A stretch of 63,105 nucleotides of DNA, filler included, from a bacterium (GCA_024278215.1; 5 parts of 5 records of this genome joined end to end with filler, not necessarily neighbours in it); one strand, 5' to 3'. Shown: positions 9,482 through 19,722, numbered from the whole stretch's first letter. The notes: a model not told the origin generated them from the letters alone. Made by a program: numbers and translations.

Positions 9482-11832
9482 TGATATCTAAATTTGCAAA
9501 AACAGTTTTCTTATTACTTTCCTTCCTGATTTTCATTGCCTCCGCGACACCTGCCGCCCCCGCATCCATAGATATTGTTTCCGCTTGGGACAAATACTAC
9601 GGCCTTGTATATTCGGGAGTACCGGACGGGCTGAAAGAAGGCCAGGTATATGAAGTATGGCGCAATGGAGAGAAAATCGGCACATTCAAATTTATGCAAG
9701 TTGATCAGTCGTTCTCCAAAGGACAGTTTTTCCCTGACAGCGATCAGCTCATACTAAAGAAGAAGGATAAATTACAACTTGTCGCGGAAGGTCTTAACCC
9801 GCCGCTGAAAAAAACTGAAGAAAAAAAGAAGGAAAAGACCGAACCACAGAAAACGGTTTCACCAAAAACAACCTCAACCGAGGGGAAAGAACAAAAAGCG
9901 AAAAACAGGAAGATCAGGAAATCTCCCAAAAAAGCGGTCCGTGTCAAAAAGAAAAAGCACAGCGCAACGAAAAAACAGACTGTGCCGCCGTCGGCTGAAA
10001 AGCCGGAAAAGAAACAACTTGAAGAAAAAGAATCATTTTCACTTGTCAGGGAGCAGGATATAATAAAAAAGGATAAAGAGAAAAAAGCGAATGAATCAAG
10101 CCGCTATTCGAGCAGGATACTGACATACAGTGATACCGATTCGGATGACGACAAGAAGTTGAATAAGGAATCAACCGCAAAAGAAGTAACGGATTCGAAA
10201 AAGAAAACAAGCAGGTTCGGACATATTATTATCGAGAAAACGTCTGAAAGAGCTATAGAAGCACCGCCCGAGAAAACGACGGCGGCAAAACCTGAAAAAC
10301 AGAATGTCTCAAAACATAAAGTTGCTAAAAGGAATCCGTCGTCAAGAAAAACACCTGCCGGAAAACGTCATAAGAAACAGACCTCGCCGGAAATGGCGGA
10401 AGCGGCCGTATCTGAAAAAAAGACGCAGGAAGAAAAAACGAGCAAGCCCGTGGAGAAAAAGCGCACAGATCGTGTTGCGAAAACGCAATATAAGCAGCCG
10501 GCACGGAAAAAGCATGAAACGGCCAATACTGAAAATAAATCCAAAAAAGCAAAACTCAAAGTCGCAAAGAAAATATCCGGGCCTGTAAAAAGCAAACCTG
10601 TAAAAGCTAATAAAGATGGTTATGATGTGAATGAGGCAATGACCGTCAGTCAGCACCTGAACGCCGGCGACAGGCTGATGGCCGAAAACAAATATCAACA
10701 GGCTTTAAAGCATTATCTCGCGGTTATTGCTGAAGAGCCGGGAAACGAAATCGCGAAAAAGAAAATCGTTCTGGCAATGCGTAGCATGGATATACTGTCC
10801 CCTGACAAAAAAGAGACCTCCAATTCGAGAAAAACATCGAACAGGTTCGGGCACATAACTATTGAAAAAGTTTCTGAAACCGGCAATGAGCAGTTGCCTG
10901 AAGAAAAAACTGAAAGGCTGGTGAAAAAAGAAAAGACTGCTCGAAAAGTTACAGTTGCAAAAAAACCGGCGAAAAAGAAGGCCGCACGTGCAGCGAAAAA
11001 AGAAACTGCACACGAGGGATCGAAGGCGAGTAAAAAGAAAATAGAAAAAAAGAAGTTCGCTGAAAAGACCGTCGTCTCCGCCGGAACCGAAGAAAAGATA
11101 AAGAATAATAACACAGCGAAACGGGTGAAGAAAAAGAAGAAAGCTGTCCGCGCGGCGAAAAAGAACCGCAAAAAGGGGAAAGCAAAGTCCGGAGACAACG
11201 CAAGGAAACAACAGGTGGCAAAGAAGAAGTCTGAACCTGAAAAGAGTGAACCTGTAAAGATAAAAGGCAGCTATGATGAAGAAGTTTTCATGACCATAAA
11301 TCGGCATCTGGAAGCCGGAAACAGCTATATGGTCGAGCGAAAATATCCTGAGGCATTGAAACATTATTCGGCTGTGATTGCGATGGACCCGGAAAATGTT
11401 ATTGCAAGAAAAAATATGGTTCTGGCAATGAGGAAACTTGATATACTGCCGGCTGACGCGGCAGCTACTTATGATGAATGGAAAGAGCATCAGTATAAAA
11501 AGGATATGGGGAAGAATTTCAACAAGGAATATCCCGCAGTCGAACAGGTAATGGATGTCTCTCAGATGGAGAATAATTACGGCGTATTCATGGTTGGGCA
11601 GGGCAAGTACGAGGAAGGCATATTATGGCTCACGAAAGCAATAAACGGAAATTCTCAAGTTGCGGAATATTATCGCAACCGGTCTGTAGGCTATTTCTAT
11701 AATGGTGAGCTGTACAAAGCCGTGGACGATGCGAAAAAAGCGCTTGATCTTGGAGACAGCAAGGCCAGAAACTTGCTGCTGACCATACGTGACCGAATCA
11801 TCGCAAAAGGCCTCGAAGCACAGAACCGATAA
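9478..11832 (+). CDS. Exported Lys-rich protein with duplicated module and TPR-like repeats
   Basis: Signal peptide, K/E-rich low-complexity linkers, two similar HL.AG...ALKHY.AVIA units, C-terminal TPRs. Confidence 0.75.
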   Translation: MMISKFAKTVFLLLSFLIFIASATPAAPASIDIVSAWDKYYGLVYSGVPDGLKEGQVYEVWRNGEKIGTFKFMQVDQSFSKGQFFPDSDQLILKKKDKLQLVAEGLNPPLKKTEEKKKEKTEPQKTVSPKTTSTEGKEQKAKNRKIRKSPKKAVRVKKKKHSATKKQTVPPSAEKPEKKQLEEKESFSLVREQDIIKKDKEKKANESSRYSSRILTYSDTDSDDDKKLNKESTAKEVTDSKKKTSRFGHIIIEKTSERAIEAPPEKTTAAKPEKQNVSKHKVAKRNPSSRKTPAGKRHKKQTSPEMAEAAVSEKKTQEEKTSKPVEKKRTDRVAKTQYKQPARKKHETANTENKSKKAKLKVAKKISGPVKSKPVKANKDGYDVNEAMTVSQHLNAGDRLMAENKYQQALKHYLAVIAEEPGNEIAKKKIVLAMRSMDILSPDKKETSNSRKTSNRFGHITIEKVSETGNEQLPEEKTERLVKKEKTARKVTVAKKPAKKKAARAAKKETAHEGSKASKKKIEKKKFAEKTVVSAGTEEKIKNNNTAKRVKKKKKAVRAAKKNRKKGKAKSGDNARKQQVAKKKSEPEKSEPVKIKGSYDEEVFMTINRHLEAGNSYMVERKYPEALKHYSAVIAMDPENVIARKNMVLAMRKLDILPADAAATYDEWKEHQYKKDMGKNFNKEYPAVEQVMDVSQMENNYGVFMVGQGKYEEGILWLTKAINGNSQVAEYYRNRSVGYFYNGELYKAVDDAKKALDLGDSKARNLLLTIRDRIIAKGLEAQNR

Positions 11833-11836
11833 ATTT

Positions 11837-13333
11837 ATGACAAAACCACACAACATTATACGAATGTTCATCGTATGCTTGATTTTCCTGGGCACTGGAA
11901 TAATAGTCGGCGTCTACCTGAGTTCGGACCACCGCGGCGCATTTTCAAAGTCTGACGGCGGCGATGCGGAGATACAGATTGCAGGCGAGCGGGCCTTTGC
12001 ATCGGAATCCGCCGACAGAGAACCCGACGATTCCGTATCTTTACGCCGCACCCCGGTCGTCCGGGCTGTAGAAGAAGTGGGACCGGCAGTCGTGAACATC
12101 AGTACAGAAAAGATTGTCACACGTCATGTAAACCCTTTCGGCGGATTCAGCAATAGTTTCTCTAACGATCTGTTCGACCGGTTCTTCGATAGATATTACA
12201 CCAGGAATTACAAGCAGCAAACTCTCGGTTCCGGGGTAATTATCGATCCGCGCGGCTACATTCTCACAAACGACCATGTGATACTTCGCGCATCCGAGGT
12301 GACGGTAACACTTCCGGGCGACGAGGAATATGACGCGAAGATCATAGGTGCAGACCCGAGGTTCGACCTTGCCATACTGAAGATCGAAGCGGGCGAGGAA
12401 CTGCCCGCGGCCAGCACAGGCGACTCCGACAGTCTCATGATCGGTGAAACGGTTATTGCAATCGGCAATCCTTTCGGCCTCAGCCATACTGTCACTACCG
12501 GTGTGCTCAGCGCCGTGAACAGAACTATAAAAACACAGGAAGGTAAAATATTCAACGACTTCATACAGACCGACGCTTCCATTAACCCGGGAAACAGCGG
12601 CGGGCCTCTCGTAATCCTCACCGGCGAAGTAATAGGTATAAATACCATTATTTATGAAAATGCCGAGGGCATAGGCTTTTCTATCCCGATAAACAGGGCG
12701 ATGCGTGCCGTGAGCGAGCTCATACAGTTCGGAGAAATCAAGAAAACATGGACCGGACTTCGAGTGCAGGAAATGAATAGGGCACTGGCTCGTCAATTCG
12801 GATTGTCGAAAGTTCAGGGCGCGCTGGTTTCGCATGTTATAAGCGGCAGTCCCGCCGCTCGCGCGGGAATCCGCGAAGGTGATGTCATTCTTGAGGTTAA
12901 TGGAAAGAACCTGAAATCGGCTGATGAATTCATGGAAAAAACAGGAGCGTCGATAGCAGGCGAAACCATAGATATATTACTGCTGCGCGATGGTAACGAC
13001 AAAAACATATCACTCAGGATGGAAGCCCTGCCCATCGACCGCGCCGAAGAACTCGGCCGCGAACGGTTCGGTGTGAAAGTCGACTCCATTACACGCACAT
13101 ATATCCGCCGCTACAATCTGCGCACCGACCGCGGTGTCATCGTCCTGAAAGTCGACAGCGGCAGCCCGGCAGACGAGATCGGCATCACCACCGGTGACGT
13201 CATAAGAAAAATCGGTGTGCGTGAAATTGTCGGCATCGACGACTACAGAGAAACCGCTGTGCAGGCCGCCGAGCGCGAGTCTGTTTTCATGGTCGTCCAG
13301 CGCGGCTCCTACCTCTACAACATCAGACTCTGA
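11837..13333 (+). CDS. HtrA/DegP (Do/DegQ) serine protease with two PDZ domains
   Basis: LGSGVII, LTNDHV, IQTDASINPGNSGGPL, two PDZ-like segments. Confidence 0.95.
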   Translation: MTKPHNIIRMFIVCLIFLGTGIIVGVYLSSDHRGAFSKSDGGDAEIQIAGERAFASESADREPDDSVSLRRTPVVRAVEEVGPAVVNISTEKIVTRHVNPFGGFSNSFSNDLFDRFFDRYYTRNYKQQTLGSGVIIDPRGYILTNDHVILRASEVTVTLPGDEEYDAKIIGADPRFDLAILKIEAGEELPAASTGDSDSLMIGETVIAIGNPFGLSHTVTTGVLSAVNRTIKTQEGKIFNDFIQTDASINPGNSGGPLVILTGEVIGINTIIYENAEGIGFSIPINRAMRAVSELIQFGEIKKTWTGLRVQEMNRALARQFGLSKVQGALVSHVISGSPAARAGIREGDVILEVNGKNLKSADEFMEKTGASIAGETIDILLLRDGNDKNISLRMEALPIDRAEELGRERFGVKVDSITRTYIRRYNLRTDRGVIVLKVDSGSPADEIGITTGDVIRKIGVREIVGIDDYRETAVQAAERESVFMVVQRGSYLYNIRL

Positions 13334-13372
13334 CCTAATTTCTCTCATCCGCGCTCAGCGTACCCGGTAAAA

Positions 13373-14137
13373 CTACATTCTTGCGCCGCCGTCTATCGTT
13401 ATTGTCTGCCCGGTGATGAATTTCGACTGGTCGGACGCAAAGAACAGTACTGCATCCGCGACTTCATCAGCATCCGCTATGCGCCCCATCGGCGTAACTT
13501 TCGTGACTTCGTTCAGTATTACATCGCTGCTCCAGAGCGCTTAGCTGAACTTTGTTTTTACGACACCCGGACAAACGGCGTTCGCGCGCACTCCGGCCGA
13601 ACCCCATTCGTTGGCGAGCACCTTTGTAAGCATGATCAGAGCCGATTTGCTCACGGAATAAAGCCCCATACCCATGGCGGGTGCAAGTCCGGCTGTCGAG
13701 GCGACATTGATAATGCTGCCTTTGCCTTCTTTCAGCATAAGTTTTCCGAGTTCCAGACATAAAAGATACGGACCTTTAAGATTTGTGGCGATAATCTTTT
13801 CCAGCGCCCATTCCTCGGAGTTCAGGATCGGCCCGAAAATCGGGTTTGTCGCCGCGTTATTAACGAGTACATCCACGAATCCCCATTTATCGACAACCTG
13901 CCCGACGAATTCCTTTATCTGATCCGTTTTCCCGACGTGGCACTGGACCACGAGCGCTTCACGCCCCTTATCCCTGATCTCGGCTGCCACTTCATCGAGT
14001 GTTTCCGTGTGCCTGCTGCAAATCGCAATGTCCGCGCCGGCTTCCGCCAGTGTGAGCGCGATTGCCTTTCCGATGCCGCGGCTCGCTCCGGTTACGACCG
14101 CCTTCTTCCCTTCCAGATTGTATCGCGTGTATGCCAT
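13373..14137 (-). pseudogene. Short-chain dehydrogenase/reductase with in-frame TAA at 13541-13543
   Basis: TGASRGIG, NNAA, YSVSK; after the stop the frame continues ALWSSD...[36 protein letters not shown] to TAG at 13373. Confidence 0.8.
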
Positions 14138-14162
14138 TAGATTACCCCCAAAAGATGATTGC

Positions 14163-14228
14163 CTGTAACACTTTAGTAGCCATCTGAATTAAAGCCGTGG
14201 AATTCTTCACCTGGCTAAAGTGTTACAG
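14163..14228. repeat. 66-bp element with perfect 14-bp inverted ends
   Basis: CTGTAACACTTTAG ... CTAAAGTGTTACAG. Confidence 0.65.
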
Positions 14229-14284
14229 TTCCCTATATATTATACTAAACCTGTGTGTTTTTGAATCGAAAAGGACTCTCCGAT

Positions 14285-14462
14285 GAGCCAATTGCAAAAT
14301 TATGTTCGTAGCGAGGTCGAACAAAATTTTCAGAAGCAAGGCGGAGGTGTAAAATCCTCACAGGCGTACTTGTAAAGTACGTCGAGGACGATTTCGCGCC
14401 GACAACGCAGCTATGGACAATAGCAGCCGACCGCGGCAGAATCAGAATTTTTCAATCGGCTC
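14285..14462 (+). mobile_element. ~178-bp MITE (family A), complete copy
   Basis: TIR GAGCCAATTGCAAAAT; 4-bp TSD CGAT on both sides. Confidence 0.9.
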
Positions 14463-14824
14463 CGATGTAACCGGGGTAGAAGAAGCCATGTGTGCCCTGT
14501 TTGTCAAGCGGTTTTGGGAATCAGTCATCTTTGGCTTACAAGTTCTGGTATGGAAAAAAGAGTTGCCATGAGAACGTCGCGTTGCCCCGGGTGTGGGGGG
14601 GGACGAGCACGAAGCGCACGGGCCGTCCATCGGGCCGCCACAGAAGGACGATCACGCAGGTTGTCGGCATACTTACTGAACGAAGTGAAGTATCGCGTTA
14701 TTCAAAAACACATAAGTCCAATTACTTCAAATAATGCGCTTACACAGAAATGCTCCCGATCATTATTACCTGACACTGTTTACAACTCCACACCATAACA
14801 TTATATTATCCTAAAATCTTTCGA

Positions 14825-15793
14825 ATGCCCGCCTGCAAAATGGTCGATCTCACAATTTCAATTATCAGCAATAACAACAGGGCCCTTATAAAACGCTGCC
14901 TCGAAACCATATATGAAAATACAAAACTTGTGTCATTTGAAATTATTGTTGTCGACAACTGCTCGCGCGACGGTAGCGCGGAGATGATAAGAAACAATTT
15001 TCCCGGTGTAAGGCTCATTGAAAACAGCGAGCCGGACGGCTTCTCGGCAAACCATAACCGGGCTTTGCGTGTCATGAGTGGAAGGTATGTGGTAATACTT
15101 AACGACGACACGGAAGTGCTGCCCGGATGTTTCGACAAAATGTATGATTTCATGAAGTCAAACCCCGATGTCGGTTGCCTCGGGTGCAGGATACTTTGTC
15201 CCGACGGCTCTCTCCAGCAGTCGGTTTACAGGATGCCGACTCTTTCGGTTTTGTTCTATCACGCATTCTTCCTGAACAGCATTTTCCCAAATAGCATACG
15301 GATTGCCAGTTATCGAAACTGGCCCCATAATACCGAAACTGATGTCTCTTTCGTAATCGGCGCATGTATGATGTTTCCATCGGAACTGATAAGAAACATC
15401 GGTTTGCTGGACGACACGTATTATATATATTTCGAGGACGCGGATATATGCAAAAAGGTGCTCGACGCAGGCCGGCGTGTAGTTTTTTTCCCGGGTGCGG
15501 AAATCATCCACCACGGCGGTGCGTCTATGAAGCAGGTCGGAGAAATAGCGCTGCATAACGCGTATCGAAGCAAACTTATTTTCTACAGAAAACATTACGG
15601 CGCTCACACACTGCCTCTGGTCGCGGCTCTGGATGTTATCGGTGCTGCAAACAGGATTGCCGCATGGAGCCTGCTCAAGATAATCCAGCCCGGACAGCGA
15701 AAACATTATGACGAGCGAATCGGCTATTTCAAAAGAGTCGTCAAATGGTATTTTATGCGCAAAAACAGGCTTCCCCCACGGCTTGATTCATAA
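14825..15793 (+). CDS. Glycosyltransferase family 2
   Basis: IIVVDNCSRDGS, GFSANHNRAL, LNDDT, YFEDADIC. Confidence 0.9.
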   Translation: MPACKMVDLTISIISNNNRALIKRCLETIYENTKLVSFEIIVVDNCSRDGSAEMIRNNFPGVRLIENSEPDGFSANHNRALRVMSGRYVVILNDDTEVLPGCFDKMYDFMKSNPDVGCLGCRILCPDGSLQQSVYRMPTLSVLFYHAFFLNSIFPNSIRIASYRNWPHNTETDVSFVIGACMMFPSELIRNIGLLDDTYYIYFEDADICKKVLDAGRRVVFFPGAEIIHHGGASMKQVGEIALHNAYRSKLIFYRKHYGAHTLPLVAALDVIGAANRIAAWSLLKIIQPGQRKHYDERIGYFKRVVKWYFMRKNRLPPRLDS

Positions 15794-15840
15794 TGGAGGC
15801 TATTTGAATATGTGGATGCGGTATCAGCGGATACAATGTT

Positions 15841-15889
15841 GAGCCGATTGAAGTATTCTGATTTCGCCGTGGTCGGCTGCAATCAGCTC
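15841..15889 (-). mobile_element. 49-bp internally deleted derivative of MITE family A
   Basis: GAGCCGATTGAAGTATTCTGATT...GGTCGGCTGCAATCAGCTC flanked by TGTT duplication. Confidence 0.7.
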
Positions 15890-15899
15890 TGTTGTTTTA

Positions 15900-17132
15900 C
15901 TATTTCCGCGTTATAAGTTTTTCTATAAGTTCGAGATATTTCTCCGCGAGGACATCGCGATTGTAATTCTTTTTGACATACCTGTGTCCGTTGTCGCCGA
16001 GTGTTCGTGTCAACTCGGGATCGTCGGCCAGAGTTACAACAGCGTCAGCGAGCCGGCCCGGATTCTCCGGCTCGACGCATATACCTGCTTGAGCTTTTTT
16101 TATCAGTTCCTCGGCATCGCCCTCGACACCCAGTATAACAGGCTTTCCCATCGCTGAAGATTCAAATATTTTCGATGGCAGTACGGATTGGAACAGTTCG
16201 TGCTTCTTCAAATGCGCGATGCAGGCATCACTTACGGAGATAAAAGACGGCATCATTTTTTTCTCCTGGAGCCCCGTATAAATGATGTTTTCGAGCCCCA
16301 TTTCCTTCGCCTCGTTCTCGAGTCGCTCCTTGACCGCGCCGTCGCCGACAACAAGTATCTTTATGTCGTTCCTGTTTCTATCTCTCAGTTCTGCCGCCAT
16401 ACCGTTTATGACTTCCAGGCACGAACACAGCCCGATCGTGCCGATGTATGCGCAGGTAAAATGATCGTTCAGTCCGTATCTGTCACAAAGAACACTATCG
16501 GGCGGCATGGGCGCGAACATATCCATGTCTGCGCCGTTTGTGATTATCGTTATCTTTTCAGGCGGCACACCTTTGCCGGCGATGTTTGCTTTGTAGCCTT
16601 CGCCGACTGCCACAATGTGATGCGCGCAGGCATACATTTTCTTTTCGAGGAACTCGAGGAAACGCAGTGCCGCTCGGTTGCCCATAGCGCTTGCGGCTTC
16701 GATCGACTCCGGCCATATATCGCGAATCTCAAGTATGCACGGACTTCTCTTGAACCAGCCGGATAATATGCCGGCCCATCCGCAGAAGAACTGCGGCGAT
16801 GTCGAGATAATTATGTCGGGTTTCTTCTGCAACAGCGAGATCAGGAATGCCATTATCATATAAGAAAAGTAATTCATCACCCGCCTGATGAAACCGCGGT
16901 TGGCTGCGAGATACGTCCATATTCGTATCACATTTATCCCGTCGATCTTTTCGCGCTGGTACAGTTTATTTCGATAACCTTCGTATACAACACCGCTCGG
17001 GCAGTTAGGTGCACATGTTATCACAGTCACCTTGTGGCCTGCCCTGACCCATCTCTTGCAGTGGTCATAAGTCCGCGTCGCAGGCGCGTTCACTTCAGGC
17101 GGGAAGTAATGTGAGAAAAAAAGTATGTTCAT
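15900..17132 (-). CDS. Glycosyltransferase family 4 (WbuB-like)
   Basis: HYFPPEVNAPATR, LEIRDIWPES, PSKIFESSAMGKPVI. Confidence 0.9.
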   Translation of the reverse strand: MNILFFSHYFPPEVNAPATRTYDHCKRWVRAGHKVTVITCAPNCPSGVVYEGYRNKLYQREKIDGINVIRIWTYLAANRGFIRRVMNYFSYMIMAFLISLLQKKPDIIISTSPQFFCGWAGILSGWFKRSPCILEIRDIWPESIEAASAMGNRAALRFLEFLEKKMYACAHHIVAVGEGYKANIAGKGVPPEKITIITNGADMDMFAPMPPDSVLCDRYGLNDHFTCAYIGTIGLCSCLEVINGMAAELRDRNRNDIKILVVGDGAVKERLENEAKEMGLENIIYTGLQEKKMMPSFISVSDACIAHLKKHELFQSVLPSKIFESSAMGKPVILGVEGDAEELIKKAQAGICVEPENPGRLADAVVTLADDPELTRTLGDNGHRYVKKNYNRDVLAEKYLELIEKLITRK

Positions 17133-17171
17133 CGTCGCAATCTGTGTTTCAAACCTATAATTGCACGGCTG

Positions 17172-19304
17172 TCACAGCTCGATTGTTTTTCCGCTCCGGG
17201 CAGACTCGACTGCCGCAAAACTCGCCAGCGTCACATTCCTTAGTTCAGCAAACGGTATCATCTGACCGCCGCCGGCCGCGATCCTTTTAATAAACGTGTC
17301 CAACTCGACAGTGTGTCCTTTATCCTGACGCGGAGTCCTGAAACTTTTAAAGCCCGGTACGCCATAAGCTCTTGTCGTGCGGAAATTTTCGATTCTGAAA
17401 ACACGCCCTTCGCTGAAAACTTCTATCATTTCTTTGGGATAAGCGCCCGATCCGTTTGCAAAATAATTTACAGTGCCTATGGAGCCGTCGGCGAAACCAA
17501 GCACGATAGACATTCGATCTTCGCGCGCGCAGGCGGCGTCCGTCGCCATTATCGCCGACACTTTTTTCACACTGCTGCACGCAAAAAAACACATCAAGTC
17601 GATGAAGTGGCACGCTTCGCCGATTATCCTGCCGCCGCTGCGCTCGAAGTCCAGCATCCAGTGGTCCGGCGGCAGGGCTCCCGCGTTTATAGTCATATTC
17701 ATGCAAAGGGGCTCACTTCTGCTTTTTAGGACATTCATAATTCTCGCGACATGCGGACTGAACCGCCTGTTGAAACCGACCATCAACAGTCTGTCCGGTG
17801 CGACCGCCACCGATTTCTCGATTGCATCAAGTTCGTCGCGGTTCATCGCGAGCGGCTTTTCGACGAACACATGCTTGCCGGCCTCGAGCGCGGCGCATGT
17901 CATTTTCGCATGAACATTATTCGTGGCGACCACAAATACCGCGTTCACTTCAGGATCGTCAAGTATTATCCGGTAGTCGGTTATCGCGCTGCCGATATTG
18001 AATTTCACCGCCGCGTGTTTTGCCGCCGCGGCATTCACGCCGGCTGCGATATACGCAATTTTCGCGCTGGTTTTCTTCAGTTCGGGCAGCAGTATGTTTT
18101 TCGAGAATATCCCGGCGCCGACTATCCCGACTACCGGCATGCCGATCCCCGAAAAGGCTGTCTGCGTTACTTCCGTCCATCTCCTCTTTTCGACTTTTTC
18201 GGGATAATCCAGTATCACACCGAGTGTTCCCGAATCCGATTTTATTTTTTCGTAAGCCGCGCCCGCGTTGCTTATATCGAACCTGTCCGAAATAAGTTGT
18301 TTCGCTCTGAGCGAACTGTTGCGCATAGCGTTCAGCACAGCATCGAAGTTACGCTGCTCGGTCCAGCGCACGAATCCAGGCGGGTAATCGTTCCCCTTGA
18401 GTTCGTAGGAATCGTCGTATCGGCCCGGCCCGTAGGAACACGACACCTGGAAAGTTATTTCCTTTTCGTAGAAATCACTTCTCTGAAGATTCAGCCCGAC
18501 GACCCCGACGAGTATTATTCGCCCGCGCTGCCTGCAAGCCTGCGCCGACTGGTGCATGATCTCATTCGTTTTCGCGGACGCCGTGACAAGCACTCCGTCG
18601 ACACCCCTGCCCGCCGTCCACGCATTCGCCGAAGCAACGACATCGCCCGACGAGGCTGCACTTATCACTTTCGCGCCCAACGATTCCGCAAGGGCAAGCC
18701 TTTTCTCATTTATGTCTATTGCCGCCACTTCGCAACCGTTGGCTTTCAGCAACTGCACTGCAAGCAGCCCGACAAGGCCGAGTCCGAACACAATAAATTT
18801 TTCTCCGAAAGCAGGTGCGGCCAGACGCATGCCCTGAAGCGCCACCGCGCCGAGCACTGTGAATGCCGCCTCGTCGAACTCAACTTCATCGGGAATCTTC
18901 GCGACAAGATTTCGAGGCACACACACGATTTCCGCGTGAGGTCCGTTGCTGACCACCCTGTCGCCGGGCAGCAGGTCCAACACGCCGCTGCCTGTCTCCA
19001 GCACCACACCCGCATTGCAGTACCCGAGCGGCACAGGCTCGTCGAGCCTGCGGAATACAGCCTCCACGGTCGGCATGATTCCGTCTGTACGCAGTTTTTC
19101 GAGAACCTGTCTGACCTTGTCCGGCTGCTGCCTGACCTTCTGCAGAAGATTCGCCTGCCCAAACTCGACAAGCATACGCTCCGTTCCCGCGGAGATTAAC
19201 GAAGCGCGTGTTTGAATGAGTATCATCCCATGCCCCACCCTGGGACACGGCACGTCTGCAATTTCCAGTTCTCCACTTTTCAGATGCTGCAATATCTGTT
19301 TCAT
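17172..19304 (-). CDS. Bi-domain oxidoreductase (Zn-dependent dehydrogenase-like + Gfo/Idh/MocA) of polysaccharide loci
   Basis: SLISAGTE, SCSYGPGRYD, KHVFVEKPLA, VGFNRRFSP. Confidence 0.9.
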   Translation of the reverse strand: MKQILQHLKSGELEIADVPCPRVGHGMILIQTRASLISAGTERMLVEFGQANLLQKVRQQPDKVRQVLEKLRTDGIMPTVEAVFRRLDEPVPLGYCNAGVVLETGSGVLDLLPGDRVVSNGPHAEIVCVPRNLVAKIPDEVEFDEAAFTVLGAVALQGMRLAAPAFGEKFIVFGLGLVGLLAVQLLKANGCEVAAIDINEKRLALAESLGAKVISAASSGDVVASANAWTAGRGVDGVLVTASAKTNEIMHQSAQACRQRGRIILVGVVGLNLQRSDFYEKEITFQVSCSYGPGRYDDSYELKGNDYPPGFVRWTEQRNFDAVLNAMRNSSLRAKQLISDRFDISNAGAAYEKIKSDSGTLGVILDYPEKVEKRRWTEVTQTAFSGIGMPVVGIVGAGIFSKNILLPELKKTSAKIAYIAAGVNAAAAKHAAVKFNIGSAITDYRIILDDPEVNAVFVVATNNVHAKMTCAALEAGKHVFVEKPLAMNRDELDAIEKSVAVAPDRLLMVGFNRRFSPHVARIMNVLKSRSEPLCMNMTINAGALPPDHWMLDFERSGGRIIGEACHFIDLMCFFACSSVKKVSAIMATDAACAREDRMSIVLGFADGSIGTVNYFANGSGAYPKEMIEVFSEGRVFRIENFRTTRAYGVPGFKSFRTPRQDKGHTVELDTFIKRIAAGGGQMIPFAELRNVTLASFAAVESARSGKTIEL

Positions 19305-19542
19305 TTGATCTTCAGGCTCTTGTTTCCAATGTCGTTTTTACTTTCACACTATGATTGACCGTACTATCCGCATCGACACCCGGACATTTATTATAATATC
19401 ATTTAAGCACGTTATCAGTTTTCCTCGCAAATGATGTAAAATGTAATTGTATTTTATCCGATCATATTGAACAACCAAAACTATTTCCTCAATATCCTGA
19501 ACTTGTGCGTTTTTATATGAGAGTAGTGCCATGTCAACAAAG

Positions 19543-19621
19543 GAGGATGATTTTGTGCCGACAACGCAGCTATGGACAATTGCAGCCGACCGCAGCCGAA
19601 TCAGAATTTTGCAATTGGCTC
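19543..19621 (+). mobile_element. MITE family A, right half only
   Basis: GAGGATGATTTTGTGCCGACAACGCAGC...TTTTGCAATTGGCTC. Confidence 0.8.
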
Positions 19622-19722
19622 TTTAGAATATCTTTATTATCCACTTACTTCATAAACAGCCGGACACTTATTATAATTTGTCATTGTGTCAAATCAGGAA
19701 ATAAACTGTTGAGAAAAACATT

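Noticed and set aside
13541-13543. Stop-codon reassignment
   Set aside because: TAA, TAG and TGA all end well-conserved genes normally elsewhere in the window.
14570-14680. GC-rich intergenic stretch as a possible ncRNA or group II intron end
   Set aside because: No recognisable domain V, SRP, RNase P or tRNA motif; single copy.
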